64,000 nucleotides of DNA from Marinicella sp. Its GTDB lineage: Bacteria; Pseudomonadota; Gammaproteobacteria; Xanthomonadales; Marinicellaceae. The stretch lies in contig OZ246001.1 of NCBI GenBank assembly GCA_965230295.1, positions 3,744,001 to 3,808,000 on the forward strand, written 5' to 3'. Positions 1 to 9,217 of the stretch are shown here, one piece after another; position 1 is the stretch's first letter, and every line of letters starts with the position of its first letter. Position numbers and translations under genes: made by a program. The notes under the pieces are model-generated. The model was given only the letters and a program-made list of their open reading frames with translations. It was not told where the DNA came from and did no database searches.

Positions 1-116
1 TTATGACTTGGCTTAGATGGCTTCAAGTAAACGCCTCGATTAGCAATCATGAAGCGTCTGAATTTACCATAGCCACTTTCTCCTGGTCTTCGCATCAGTA
101 ATCCTGTGTTAAGCAT
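1..116 (-). CDS. tniQ: Probable TniQ/TnsD-family target selector, N-terminus only (runs off the window)
   Basis: ATG at 116-114 overlaps the tnsC stop (TGATG). It reads MLNTGLLMRRPGESGYGKFRRFMIANRG..., open to the edge. The PGES..G...R....N pattern resembles TniQ N-termini, and the position directly after tnsC fits. Not in the ORF track. Confidence 0.6.
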   Translation of the reverse strand, partial: MLNTGLLMRRPGESGYGKFRRFMIANRGVYLKPSKPSH

Positions 117-1063
117 CAGCTGACCTTCTTAACGAGGTTTTTAACCAGACCTGACACATGAATGCTCTCATGAATCATTGACCTTAACTGTTCTTCATCC
201 TCAATTCCATAGTTGAGAAGAAAGTCAGTCAGCAGTATTCTGACCATAGCCACAAAATATTGCATGGGCCAGGACCTTAATTTCAATGGATTCATAAAGT
301 GTTCACGATATTCTTCCCAGATCAAATCTGACAGTGATGCCAGCTTCCAGTTACCTGGTACTACGTCACTCAGAAAAAACTGTGTATATGACAAACCACC
401 TTCTGGAAACTGACAGGTATCATATTGACTTAAGCACTTTTTAAGTTCATTAAAAGTGCGAATACCATGCAATCTGAATTCTTGAGTAAAGAATCGCCCC
501 CTGATCAGCTCATACCTGTCTTCACTCAGGCTTTTGATCAGCTTATTGGAAGCAGCGTCGTTGCCAGCAAACAAAACAAACAAGTTGGCACCCACACCAA
601 CTAAACCATCATAAAGCTCAGCAAAGGCTTCAAATTGGCTCACATTGAGTCTTTGTAGTTCATCAACTATTAAGACCACTTGTCTGGTACTGTTGGTTAA
701 AGAAAGCTCGCCTAAGTGATGCAAGATCAGATTTGACATGTCATCTGCTGTGGCTTTCACTTTCAAGTCAAAATCAAGTGCATGACAAATATTCTTAAAC
801 ACGCCGGCAATGGTTCCAACATCCCTGGGTGCCACTGATATGTATCGGGCAGGAATTTTCTCTCCTATACAGTTGGTTAACTGATTCATGATTTGCATGA
901 GTGCCCGGGTTTTACCAATGCGGAAAGTTCCGTAGATCGCTGAGCCTGATATACCATTCCATAGACATCGGGTAATCTCATTTTTAAGTGCAGTGATCAT
1001 TGGAGTGTGGATAAAAAACTGACTGTTGTTAAAAATAGGGTGCTCTTCAAACGATGTGCTCAT
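116..1063 (-). CDS. tnsC: TnsC/TniB-like AAA+ ATPase
   Basis: Walker A GTFRIGKT, Walker B LIVDE; overlaps the upstream DDE transposase gene. Confidence 0.8.
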   Translation of the reverse strand: MSTSFEEHPIFNNSQFFIHTPMITALKNEITRCLWNGISGSAIYGTFRIGKTRALMQIMNQLTNCIGEKIPARYISVAPRDVGTIAGVFKNICHALDFDLKVKATADDMSNLILHHLGELSLTNSTRQVVLIVDELQRLNVSQFEAFAELYDGLVGVGANLFVLFAGNDAASNKLIKSLSEDRYELIRGRFFTQEFRLHGIRTFNELKKCLSQYDTCQFPEGGLSYTQFFLSDVVPGNWKLASLSDLIWEEYREHFMNPLKLRSWPMQYFVAMVRILLTDFLLNYGIEDEEQLRSMIHESIHVSGLVKNLVKKVS

Positions 1064-2928
1064 GATCGATTCCCGCCCTTAATGACATTGGCTTGCCATT
1101 TGATTTTTCTCTTTGTAAAAACCGGCGTTTGCAGCTTTGGCACATACTCATCATCATTTGATGCCACAGATGTAGATTGACTGATATCTTTTATCAGTCC
1201 TGTTAAGCTCAGAGACACTGATGGTAAGTTCTTATGAATGCGTAAATACTCAATAACCCCATGCAGCGGGTCTTTTCCAGAAATGAGCTTTTGATCAATG
1301 AGGCCCCTGATGTATTTCCTGCTATCAATGCTGTGTTTGTAAAGCTGCCATGTTCTTGGTGCTTTTAAGGTACCTAGCTTTTTGCCTTTGGTAGTAATGG
1401 CTTCAAGCTGTCTGATGTCTCTGAAATCATATCGGATGATGATGTCTTTTTTGACCATTGAATAATCAAGTACATTTGGTGCTGAATACCTCAAGTCTTC
1501 AAAATGAACATAGGGGATTCTTTTTTCTGAAGCACGCCAACAAACCTTGACTCTTCGCTCCCGGATGAATGGGTTAGGTTGATTAGAAATCAGGTGATGA
1601 TTCATTCGAATCAAACGGTTACTCATTTGGGCCTGTATCATTGATAGGGGAGAGTGACCACATAATCGATTTTGGGGTTTGTTATTATGCTGGGTGATGA
1701 TCACACTCAGAATATCTTCTAGCGCATTGACAGTAAGAATAGGGGGCTTCTTGGTGTTAATCAAAGATTCTTTTTTGGGGTCATTGGGATGTGAACCAGT
1801 AGTACACGAAAACCGATGTATGTACTTGTTGATGCGATTAAATGCATATTCAACCACATTCCTGGTCTTAGGATGAGCAGGTATACCTAACCTCATCGTG
1901 GCACCCATCTCATTGCAGATAAAATCTTTAATTGATTCAGAGTGATGGCATTGAGCATTATCCAAACTGATGGTTCCAATACCCACATTTCGATATTCAC
2001 TACCAAGGCTACTCGGCAAGCAGGACCCTGGTTCATAAGCCAAGCCAGGTGTGTTGAGTTTTCTGGGCTTCCATTCTTTATTAATGCCTATCAAGACATT
2101 CAATAAGTCATATTGCGTTGGGCTATCAGTGAAACACAGTTTATATGACAAAATACAATCTGTGGCCACATCTATAGCAACAAACAAAGTCATCCTCGAA
2201 ACCCGGTGGGGACTCATGATGCCATCAAATTCAAAGTATGCTGTAGTATGAATGTCTAAAGTCTGTGAATCAATTTGTACTTCATCATAAGCTCTGTCAA
2301 TAGGTGGCCCGACACGTACTCGACTGGTTTCGGTTCTGGGGATACTGAACTTGGCTACAAGCTTGTGAAAATACTTTCTGCAGGTTTCATACCCCAACTT
2401 TTTTTGATCAAAAGGGTACCTGTCTTTGGGCCAGTTTTGATCAGATAAATAGGCAAGAAATTGCCGGTGAAATGAGCTAGGTGTTAAGTTCTCCCCATGC
2501 CTGGCTCTTTTAACATATAGCTTCACAATTTCATTCAGGAAGTCATCGAGTCCTGGTACAGTGTCTAATAATAAGTGAAAGGAACAACGAGCACCAATGC
2601 TGTTTTTAAAATCGCTGATTGCGGCCCTTCTTTTGTCTTTATTCAGCTTGGTCATGGGGATTAATGCAGCGGTGAGAGCAGGGGGCTTATCTGCATCACC
2701 AGCAAAAGTCCTTTTCAACAGTTTAGAAACCGCAGCTGGTGAAACGTTGAACTCTCTTGCAACATCTTTCATTGAGTGACCGTTCACAACTTTAGTAACT
2801 ATCTTGATGTTTCTGATAAACAGTTCTCTTTTAGATGCTACCAATGAACATGGATCTATTTCCAACCATTCATTTACTTTTTTGTAACTAGGAGACGACT
2901 CTAGTCTTTGCTGCCAATTTAATCGCAT
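1060..2928 (-). CDS. tnsB: TnsB-like DDE transposase (Mu/Tn7 type)
   Basis: N-terminal HTH (MKDVAREFNVSPAAVSKLL); DDE motifs VQIDSQ, SLDNA, NVVEYAF; Mu-like C-terminus (IRYDFRDIRQL). Confidence 0.85.
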   Translation of the reverse strand: MRLNWQQRLESSPSYKKVNEWLEIDPCSLVASKRELFIRNIKIVTKVVNGHSMKDVAREFNVSPAAVSKLLKRTFAGDADKPPALTAALIPMTKLNKDKRRAAISDFKNSIGARCSFHLLLDTVPGLDDFLNEIVKLYVKRARHGENLTPSSFHRQFLAYLSDQNWPKDRYPFDQKKLGYETCRKYFHKLVAKFSIPRTETSRVRVGPPIDRAYDEVQIDSQTLDIHTTAYFEFDGIMSPHRVSRMTLFVAIDVATDCILSYKLCFTDSPTQYDLLNVLIGINKEWKPRKLNTPGLAYEPGSCLPSSLGSEYRNVGIGTISLDNAQCHHSESIKDFICNEMGATMRLGIPAHPKTRNVVEYAFNRINKYIHRFSCTTGSHPNDPKKESLINTKKPPILTVNALEDILSVIITQHNNKPQNRLCGHSPLSMIQAQMSNRLIRMNHHLISNQPNPFIRERRVKVCWRASEKRIPYVHFEDLRYSAPNVLDYSMVKKDIIIRYDFRDIRQLEAITTKGKKLGTLKAPRTWQLYKHSIDSRKYIRGLIDQKLISGKDPLHGVIEYLRIHKNLPSVSLSLTGLIKDISQSTSVASNDDEYVPKLQTPVFTKRKIKWQANVIKGGNRS

Positions 2929-3581
2929 AATATTACCTCTGTATCTATGTCTATTGGTTTGTCATGAGAGATGCTTAACCTACTTTGATGTATTAGTCTG
3001 TATAGTGCTATTTCATTAAGGTAAGCATTCATTCGATTATTGATCTGTACCACATCTCCGATGCGTTGTTTGGGTCTGAAATAGAACTGACCTAACAACT
3101 CTTGTTCTTGGTTGTTTGTTGAAATTTCGCTGACATTTGAAAGGGTTCTGATGATGAAAAGCATATTCCTTGCTTTTAGTTCCTGGTCAAAAACGCTTTC
3201 ATTAGTGACCACTTTGAAATCAGCATCATGCTTTTGCCTGAAATGCTCGGTTAATGGAACCACCATAGATTCATCAAATTTACCTTCTGGCTTCAGTTCT
3301 ATTACTTCACGTTTGGTTTTGTATGCCACGTAGCAATCAGGGATATATCTTTTGCCATTTACGAACAACTTAAAAGGCTGGGGCACAAATGAAATAACAT
3401 CTGGGTCAGCCTCCAATAAGGCTGCGTAGAGGAGCTCTGCCAGCGAGTGAAATATCCCAATTTGTGGGAATCTAATGAATTTTTGCAAATAGCAATCAGC
3501 ATTTTTGAGTAATTTTGATGCTGTTTTTACCTGCTGTTTGGCGATTAGTTGTCTTTGTTGAATGTGCATAATTTGCTCCAA
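2919..3581 (-). CDS. tnsA: TnsA-like PD-(D/E)xK endonuclease
   Basis: HSLAE...LEADPDVISFVPQP...YIPDCYV...IELKP is the TnsA N-terminal pattern; overlaps tnsB. Start could be ATG at 3569. Confidence 0.8.
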   Translation of the reverse strand: MEQIMHIQQRQLIAKQQVKTASKLLKNADCYLQKFIRFPQIGIFHSLAELLYAALLEADPDVISFVPQPFKLFVNGKRYIPDCYVAYKTKREVIELKPEGKFDESMVVPLTEHFRQKHDADFKVVTNESVFDQELKARNMLFIIRTLSNVSEISTNNQEQELLGQFYFRPKQRIGDVVQINNRMNAYLNEIALYRLIHQSRLSISHDKPIDIDTEVILCD

Positions 3582-3787
3582 AATAGAAAATATGAATTTT
3601 TAAGCTATTAAAAATTCCAAAAACTTATAAAAATATAAGTTAAACCTACTTTTTTACTTATAAAAATTACAATATTATCTATAAATTCAATAACATACGA
3701 GCTTCAAGCCTATAACATGTTCTGGTAAAATACCTAACATGAAATCATATAAAAAATCGCAAGAAATGATATAAAACAAGATTAAGA

Positions 3788-4675
3788 ATGGGAAAATATC
3801 TAACAATATCAAAAGGTTTAAAAGCAGCAGAAGTAAAGCTTTTTTTAGGTGTTGATGATTATGAATATCGAAAAATCAGAGATTTACTTGAATTCGATAG
3901 CTCTAAGGTTTTTTTCTCTACTATCGAACTTTTAGTTTTTTCAATTGTGAAGATTGTTCTTATAAAAAGAAAAAGTGATGTTGAAATGTTTGAAGGTATC
4001 AAATGGGAATTCTTTTTAGAGTGTGTCAAACAAAATGGCATGGATTACTATTTTGGTGAGGTTTTGTATTTGGATGTAGAGGAAAAGAATGTTTTTCTAT
4101 CGAACCCTACAAGCCAATTTGAAGATCAGTTTGAGCCTTCGTATTTGATAAATTTCAGCGATATTTTTAAGAATTTATATGAGTACTTTTTCGACCTTGA
4201 TGATAGCGAACATTATTCTCAAATCATGATCTCTGATTTCCTGGAAACCAAACAGTATTTTCTAAGAAAATGGATCAAAACAGTATATCCAAATATTCAA
4301 AAAGCCAGCTACTCCCGGAATGATATATTTGTTCTTAGGGTTTTTAAAAAAATTATGGCAAAAGGTCATTCACCATCAGATTTAGAAAACATGGATTGGA
4401 GCGTATTAGTTGATACGCTTGAAAACAATAGTTTTTTGGGGCTGTTTAATTTAATTTTGTCAGTAGATTTAAATCCCGCCAAAAAGTGCATAACAACCAT
4501 AAAATCTATAAATGATTTTGATCCCAGCAATGAATATTCACAGCCGGTCTATCTAAAAAAATTAGTAATTGACCACTTTAACACTTTCATTAATTTAGGG
4601 TGCCAAGGTCATGAAACTAAAACACTAGCCTTCTCAGAATCAAATTTTCTTCAACTAATGAAATTAACAGCATGA
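3788..4675 (+). CDS. Hypothetical protein with two tandem MerR-like HTH modules
   Basis: Two related halves: FSTIELLVFSIVKIV...EGIKWEFFLE and YSRNDIFVLRVFKKIMAKGHSPSDLENMDWSVLVD; divergent from tnsA. Confidence 0.5.
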   Translation: MGKYLTISKGLKAAEVKLFLGVDDYEYRKIRDLLEFDSSKVFFSTIELLVFSIVKIVLIKRKSDVEMFEGIKWEFFLECVKQNGMDYYFGEVLYLDVEEKNVFLSNPTSQFEDQFEPSYLINFSDIFKNLYEYFFDLDDSEHYSQIMISDFLETKQYFLRKWIKTVYPNIQKASYSRNDIFVLRVFKKIMAKGHSPSDLENMDWSVLVDTLENNSFLGLFNLILSVDLNPAKKCITTIKSINDFDPSNEYSQPVYLKKLVIDHFNTFINLGCQGHETKTLAFSESNFLQLMKLTA

Positions 4676-5130
4676 GAATTGGGTTGCTTCGCGACCATAT
4701 TTCAGTTTGCTATTAACAAGCTTTAAATATTCAATTTTGTTACTCTTTATAAAACTTTGTATTTGCTCTTGAATTTTTAATATATTACCCAACAAATAAA
4801 ACAATCCTTTTTGGGTTTTCAACTTATATGGAGGACATTATGTTAGCCAAATTTTTGGATATCCCAACTTTTCTCAAACAGTTGCCAATGTTTGATACCT
4901 AAATCACGGGATTAAATGAGGAATAATTGAACTCAATAATCTGTGACATCGTTGCAGAATTGAACCTTTTGAGTGGCAACGATAAAGGCAAGTAAACTAA
5001 AATTTGAGATGATTTGGGTGGTACCCTGTTTACACTTCGTGTACGTAGGTAAGTATCAAGAAAAGGTCACAAATTGCTCCTCTCTTTCGTTTCAATCCCA
5101 AGTTACACAAATAGTTAATTTAATTAATAA

Positions 5131-6114
5131 ATGGCAAATACTGGAATTGCAAAGGTACAACACTACGTTCCCCAATTTATTTTAAAAAAATTTTGTACAG
5201 GGAAGAAACCTCAGCTCTGGGTTTACGACAAACATAACGACAGGTGTTTTAAGTCTCACGTAAAAAACATTGCATCGGAAACTTCATTTTATGACATTGA
5301 TATAGATGATACGTCTTATACCTATGAGATTGGTCTAGGTGAGCTTGAAACCATATCCGCTCCAATATTAAAGAGAATAGTAAAGGAAGGAAATATTTCA
5401 TTTTTAAGTGATGATGATAGAGCCGTTTTGTCATATTTCTTTTCTATCCAATTTGTAAGGACAAAGCAACACAGACAAATGTTTAAACATATTCATGAGT
5501 CTTTAGAAGAGTTCCTTTTAAGAGATCATAACGATATTAATAACGTAGAAGGGTGGAGTCCTTTAAACGATCAAACACTCAAATTACATGGCATGCAAGC
5601 TATTGAAAATGCTGTTCAATTTATTCCATACTTCCTCAATAAAAAATGGGTGTTAATGAAAGCAAAACCTTCAAACCCTTTCCTCACATCTGACCACCCA
5701 GTCTGCATGCATAATTCAAAAGATTTTGGACCACGAGGAAATCTTGGTCTTGATGTCCAAGGTATTGAAATTTATTTTCCTATTAGCAAGGATTATTGCA
5801 TAACGATGTATTGCCCAAGCATTGAGAGGGAGTTACTTGAAGGATATGAGTACTATAAAAATGCTTTAGATAAACACCCAGAAGTAGTGCCAATGTTTAT
5901 TGATGAACAAAACGATTTAGAACTATTAGTTGATGGGCTCGAAAACGGGGTCAGTGTAGAGGCCATGCCTGAAAATATTTTATTTATGAATTCACTTCAT
6001 GTTAGGAATTCACACAGATTTATTTTTTCACCAAATAAAAACTTCGAAATGGTGAAAGATATTCTAAATGAACACCCAGATCTTAAAACAGGATCTAAAC
6101 CAGTTTCAAATTAA
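5131..6114 (+). CDS. DUF4238-domain protein (putative anti-phage)
   Basis: N-terminal QHYVPQFILKKF; later FLTSDHPV and IYFPIS motifs. Confidence 0.8.
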   Translation: MANTGIAKVQHYVPQFILKKFCTGKKPQLWVYDKHNDRCFKSHVKNIASETSFYDIDIDDTSYTYEIGLGELETISAPILKRIVKEGNISFLSDDDRAVLSYFFSIQFVRTKQHRQMFKHIHESLEEFLLRDHNDINNVEGWSPLNDQTLKLHGMQAIENAVQFIPYFLNKKWVLMKAKPSNPFLTSDHPVCMHNSKDFGPRGNLGLDVQGIEIYFPISKDYCITMYCPSIERELLEGYEYYKNALDKHPEVVPMFIDEQNDLELLVDGLENGVSVEAMPENILFMNSLHVRNSHRFIFSPNKNFEMVKDILNEHPDLKTGSKPVSN

Positions 6115-6572
6115 TTGCTTGCTTGATTTAGGCAGAAGGAGTGTTTATGATTTTGACTTCACAAAATTAATTCATTTTAAATCATCAGCGATAATGTTTT
6201 CATTAAACAAAGCGTATTTGACATTAACTGTTTTTAGGAAAGGATATGAACCATCCCTTACAATAATTTAGCTTTATAGAAGCATGAGGTTCATAGGTTT
6301 TTGTGCGTTTAAAACTACTTTATTAACATTATCAACTTTGTTTTATTCGAGTTCATGTTTTTTTTGATATTTGAATGCAAAGATTGCAGCTCCAGCACCT
6401 AATAAAGCACCTATAAATAACATTACCTTTGGGTATATTAATTACTTCCTGTTTTCAGCCCTTCTACAGAACTAATCAATTCATCTATCTTGTTTAACAC
6501 AGTTAACACCTTTATGATATATGTACATAATTTACCATATTATTTGAATTTAACCTAAGCAAGGATAGAACC

Positions 6573-7937
6573 ATAAAAGAAATTTATATTGAAAATTTAA
6601 AAGAATTAACTACACAATTAGATCGGTACAGCGAGAATCATCTTTTTCGAGGTCAAACAGGTCATTACCTAGATAAACATGATGAAGTTAATATCCCAAC
6701 ATCCTTTGAACGGCATGGCTGTATTCCTCCTCTCATGCTCAAATGGACTCACTATTCCAAAGCAATTATTCGTGCATTTAGTGGAGAAGATTACCATGAT
6801 ATGGATATTGGCCTCTCTCAGGCAATACTTCAACACTATGGGTGGAGATCATTTTTTATAGACTTGTCTAAAGATGCATATATAGCTTGTTGGTTTGCAG
6901 CTAACAAATATGAAGATGAAATAACTTCATACATGTGTGAGGATTTTGAAGAAAGCCCTGTTATGCTATTTCATAGAAAAGCTTCATATAATGAGTTTAA
7001 AGAAGATGGAAACATTTATATTATTGATACAAGGTACTTTTCAAAAAACAATATTAAAATTCATGATTTAACAGTTTTATCAGACCCTCAAGATAACAAT
7101 AGATTTCAGGTACAATCCGCATGCTTAGTCGAAGCTTTTAATGGTTTTTTACCTGTTGATAGTATAGCTGCACATTTAATAGTAAAACATGAGGTATTAA
7201 AAGAATACTATGTATCCAAGGGTGTAAATAATACTCTTGACATATTTCCTGACAGAAAAAATGATTTTATTTTGAACAGTCTATTATCATTGCCTTGGTA
7301 CAATGTTCCGTCAGGTTCTAATTATTCTATTCCATTTTTTAAACGAAGCTTAGAAATTCCTGAATATGATTTTTCTTTCATAAAACACTTACCTGCTTCA
7401 ATAACACTTTTTAAACCCTTTTGGGTATCTGACCATAAACAGTTAGACAATTTTCCGTTTGTAGACTTTCTATCGTTTAAGGTTAGCGAAAATGACTACT
7501 TTACTGGTAAAAGTGATCAGTTTGATCTGATTGAAGTAAATCAGGTATTACTAGAGAATCCAAAGATTATTATCGAAATCGATGGACTAATAAAAATTCC
7601 TGAGTTTAGTGATAATTGTGAATTTGAAAAGGGGATAGTAGTTGAGAAGATCAACAATAATATTTATTCAGTGTCTGCATTAATAGTAAAACAACTTGGC
7701 CAAGTAGTTACTGGTGTCGGCACAAATAATGGTTGGTTCTATAAAGTTATTAATGGAAACTGGAAAAAGATAAATCATTCAAAACAGTGTCCATGTAATA
7801 ATGATTTAAGACATGAACTTCAATTTTCATTACTAAGAATGTTAAATGAACACTTAAAAGATGAACTAATGATTCCTGAGAAAAATATGAATTTTTCCTA
7901 CAAAGGATTATTAAACTATAGAGGACTATTAAAGTAA
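6573..7937 (+). CDS. FRG-domain protein (start extended to ATA 6573)
   Basis: In-frame LFRGQ at 6642-6656 lies upstream of the track's ATG (6735); LQHYGWRSFFIDLS...WFA second FRG motif; AAGGA at 6561-6565. Confidence 0.7.
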   Translation: MKEIYIENLKELTTQLDRYSENHLFRGQTGHYLDKHDEVNIPTSFERHGCIPPLMLKWTHYSKAIIRAFSGEDYHDMDIGLSQAILQHYGWRSFFIDLSKDAYIACWFAANKYEDEITSYMCEDFEESPVMLFHRKASYNEFKEDGNIYIIDTRYFSKNNIKIHDLTVLSDPQDNNRFQVQSACLVEAFNGFLPVDSIAAHLIVKHEVLKEYYVSKGVNNTLDIFPDRKNDFILNSLLSLPWYNVPSGSNYSIPFFKRSLEIPEYDFSFIKHLPASITLFKPFWVSDHKQLDNFPFVDFLSFKVSENDYFTGKSDQFDLIEVNQVLLENPKIIIEIDGLIKIPEFSDNCEFEKGIVVEKINNNIYSVSALIVKQLGQVVTGVGTNNGWFYKVINGNWKKINHSKQCPCNNDLRHELQFSLLRMLNEHLKDELMIPEKNMNFSYKGLLNYRGLLK

Positions 7938-8181
7938 GCTGAATTCGATATTATTCAATAAATGATCATTTAATATGGGTTATAACTAATTAAAAATTAT
8001 TGAATAAATTGAAACAATAAATATTGATAAATTAGATGAATAGGGTGTTCATCTAATTTTACAAATAGCTCCTCATGTAGCAATTGAATATTTTGAATGT
8101 CTACAACCGCTAGTTTTCTACCCAATATAAAATACATTATGTGAGTCTAAATTAACTACTTCTTTAGAGCTTAGCTTTAAA

Positions 8182-8220
8182 GTTTAACTGTTGTATCACT
8201 ACCGGTGCACTTGTTAGCTC
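8182..8220 (-). other. Truncated attC-like site
   Basis: Minus strand GAGCTAAC immediately after the FRG stop matches the reverse complement of this cassette's GTTAGCAC start at 7/8; GTTAAAC follows, but the whole site is only 39 bp. Confidence 0.45.
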
Positions 8221-8221
8221 T

Positions 8222-9130
8222 TTACTTGGCATGATTTCTAGCTAAATGTTTATTTAGGTTTTTGGGGTTAAGTTTAACGTTACATTCTGGGCACGTTATA
8301 TATTCTACGTTGCGTTCCTCTCTTCCGGCTCCACTAAGTTTCGCCATACTTGTTGTCAACGCGGTATCATTAGTTGTATTACGCTCAGCTGGAGATGGAC
8401 CAACAGTCAGCCTTGTTTTGATACTCTCGAAAGCTTTTTTACATACCGACTCTATTCCTGGACTCAGCTGTATAGCTGTTACCCCCATTAATTCCAAATC
8501 ACGCATTATAACTGGACGTTCTTTGACTGAAATTGTGTACTTAGTTAAGAAATGCATACCATTTTTTTCATTAATTCGGATATGGGCTTCAGGGTCTTGG
8601 GTGTTAGTAAACCAGAAAACACCTTGTTGAAGCATTTGCTTATGATTGCCCCGAAAAGTTGGCCTTAGTAAAGTGACATGTTGGGCTGGGTCGTCAAAGT
8701 TGTAGTTAGGTTTATAATAATTTGACCACAACTGCTGATTAAAACTGTAAATAGCCACTTCATCGGATTGTGGTTCAAATTGGTCTACACCCTCTAAAGC
8801 AAAATATGCAGCAATATATGGAGAAAAGGTCCAATCTAGCAAAGGTGTTGGAAATCCATTATGTTGAAGAAATGCCAAAAATTGAGCCATGTCAATAGGA
8901 TTACTTAAGTCTCTTCTAGTGCCATCCCATGCCTCTACTTGTTCTTGGATTTCCGGAATCAACGTTCTAAAGTAAAAAAGGAAATCTTCAGTTGTGGTAA
9001 TCAGCTTTGTTCGATGAAGAGACGTAGTTAAAAACCATGCTGAATTGGATTGCCCTCGGTATATAAGGTTCTTCCTATCTTGGATTTCCATTCCAACGAT
9101 CTCTTTGTATTTATCCCATGATATTTTCAT
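8222..9130 (-). CDS. FRG-domain protein with C-terminal C2H2-like zinc finger (integron cassette)
   Basis: IYRGQ, LQHNGFPTPLLDWT..PYIAAYFA, QQGVF; CPEC...HLARNH tail. ATG 9130 preferred because 9146-9217 is an attC. Confidence 0.85.
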   Translation of the reverse strand: MKISWDKYKEIVGMEIQDRKNLIYRGQSNSAWFLTTSLHRTKLITTTEDFLFYFRTLIPEIQEQVEAWDGTRRDLSNPIDMAQFLAFLQHNGFPTPLLDWTFSPYIAAYFALEGVDQFEPQSDEVAIYSFNQQLWSNYYKPNYNFDDPAQHVTLLRPTFRGNHKQMLQQGVFWFTNTQDPEAHIRINEKNGMHFLTKYTISVKERPVIMRDLELMGVTAIQLSPGIESVCKKAFESIKTRLTVGPSPAERNTTNDTALTTSMAKLSGAGREERNVEYITCPECNVKLNPKNLNKHLARNHAK

Positions 9131-9145
9131 CCACGATCTCTTTAG

Positions 9146-9217
9146 TGCTAACGCCCGCATTTGCGGCTGATTTGGAGCGCAGCGGATAACCAGTCCGACA
9201 ACATGCGCTTGTTAGGT
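9146..9217 (-). other. Integron attC recombination site (72 bp)
   Basis: Minus strand: R'' ACCTAAC (contains the upstream gene's TAA), 5 bp, L'' CATGTTGT, stem CGGACTGGTT/AATCAGCCG, L' GCAAATG, 5 bp, R' GTTAGCA; two unpaired bases at the expected positions; GC-rich within AT-rich DNA. Confidence 0.9.

Noticed and set aside
3582-3787. Tn7 right end beside tnsA
   Set aside because: Only a weak TAAACCTACT similarity to the 38391-38533 sites; no clustered repeats.
6113-6423. Degraded minus-strand ORF (MLFIGALLGAGAAIFAFKYQKK...)
   Set aside because: Stops after 26 codons and no family is recognisable.
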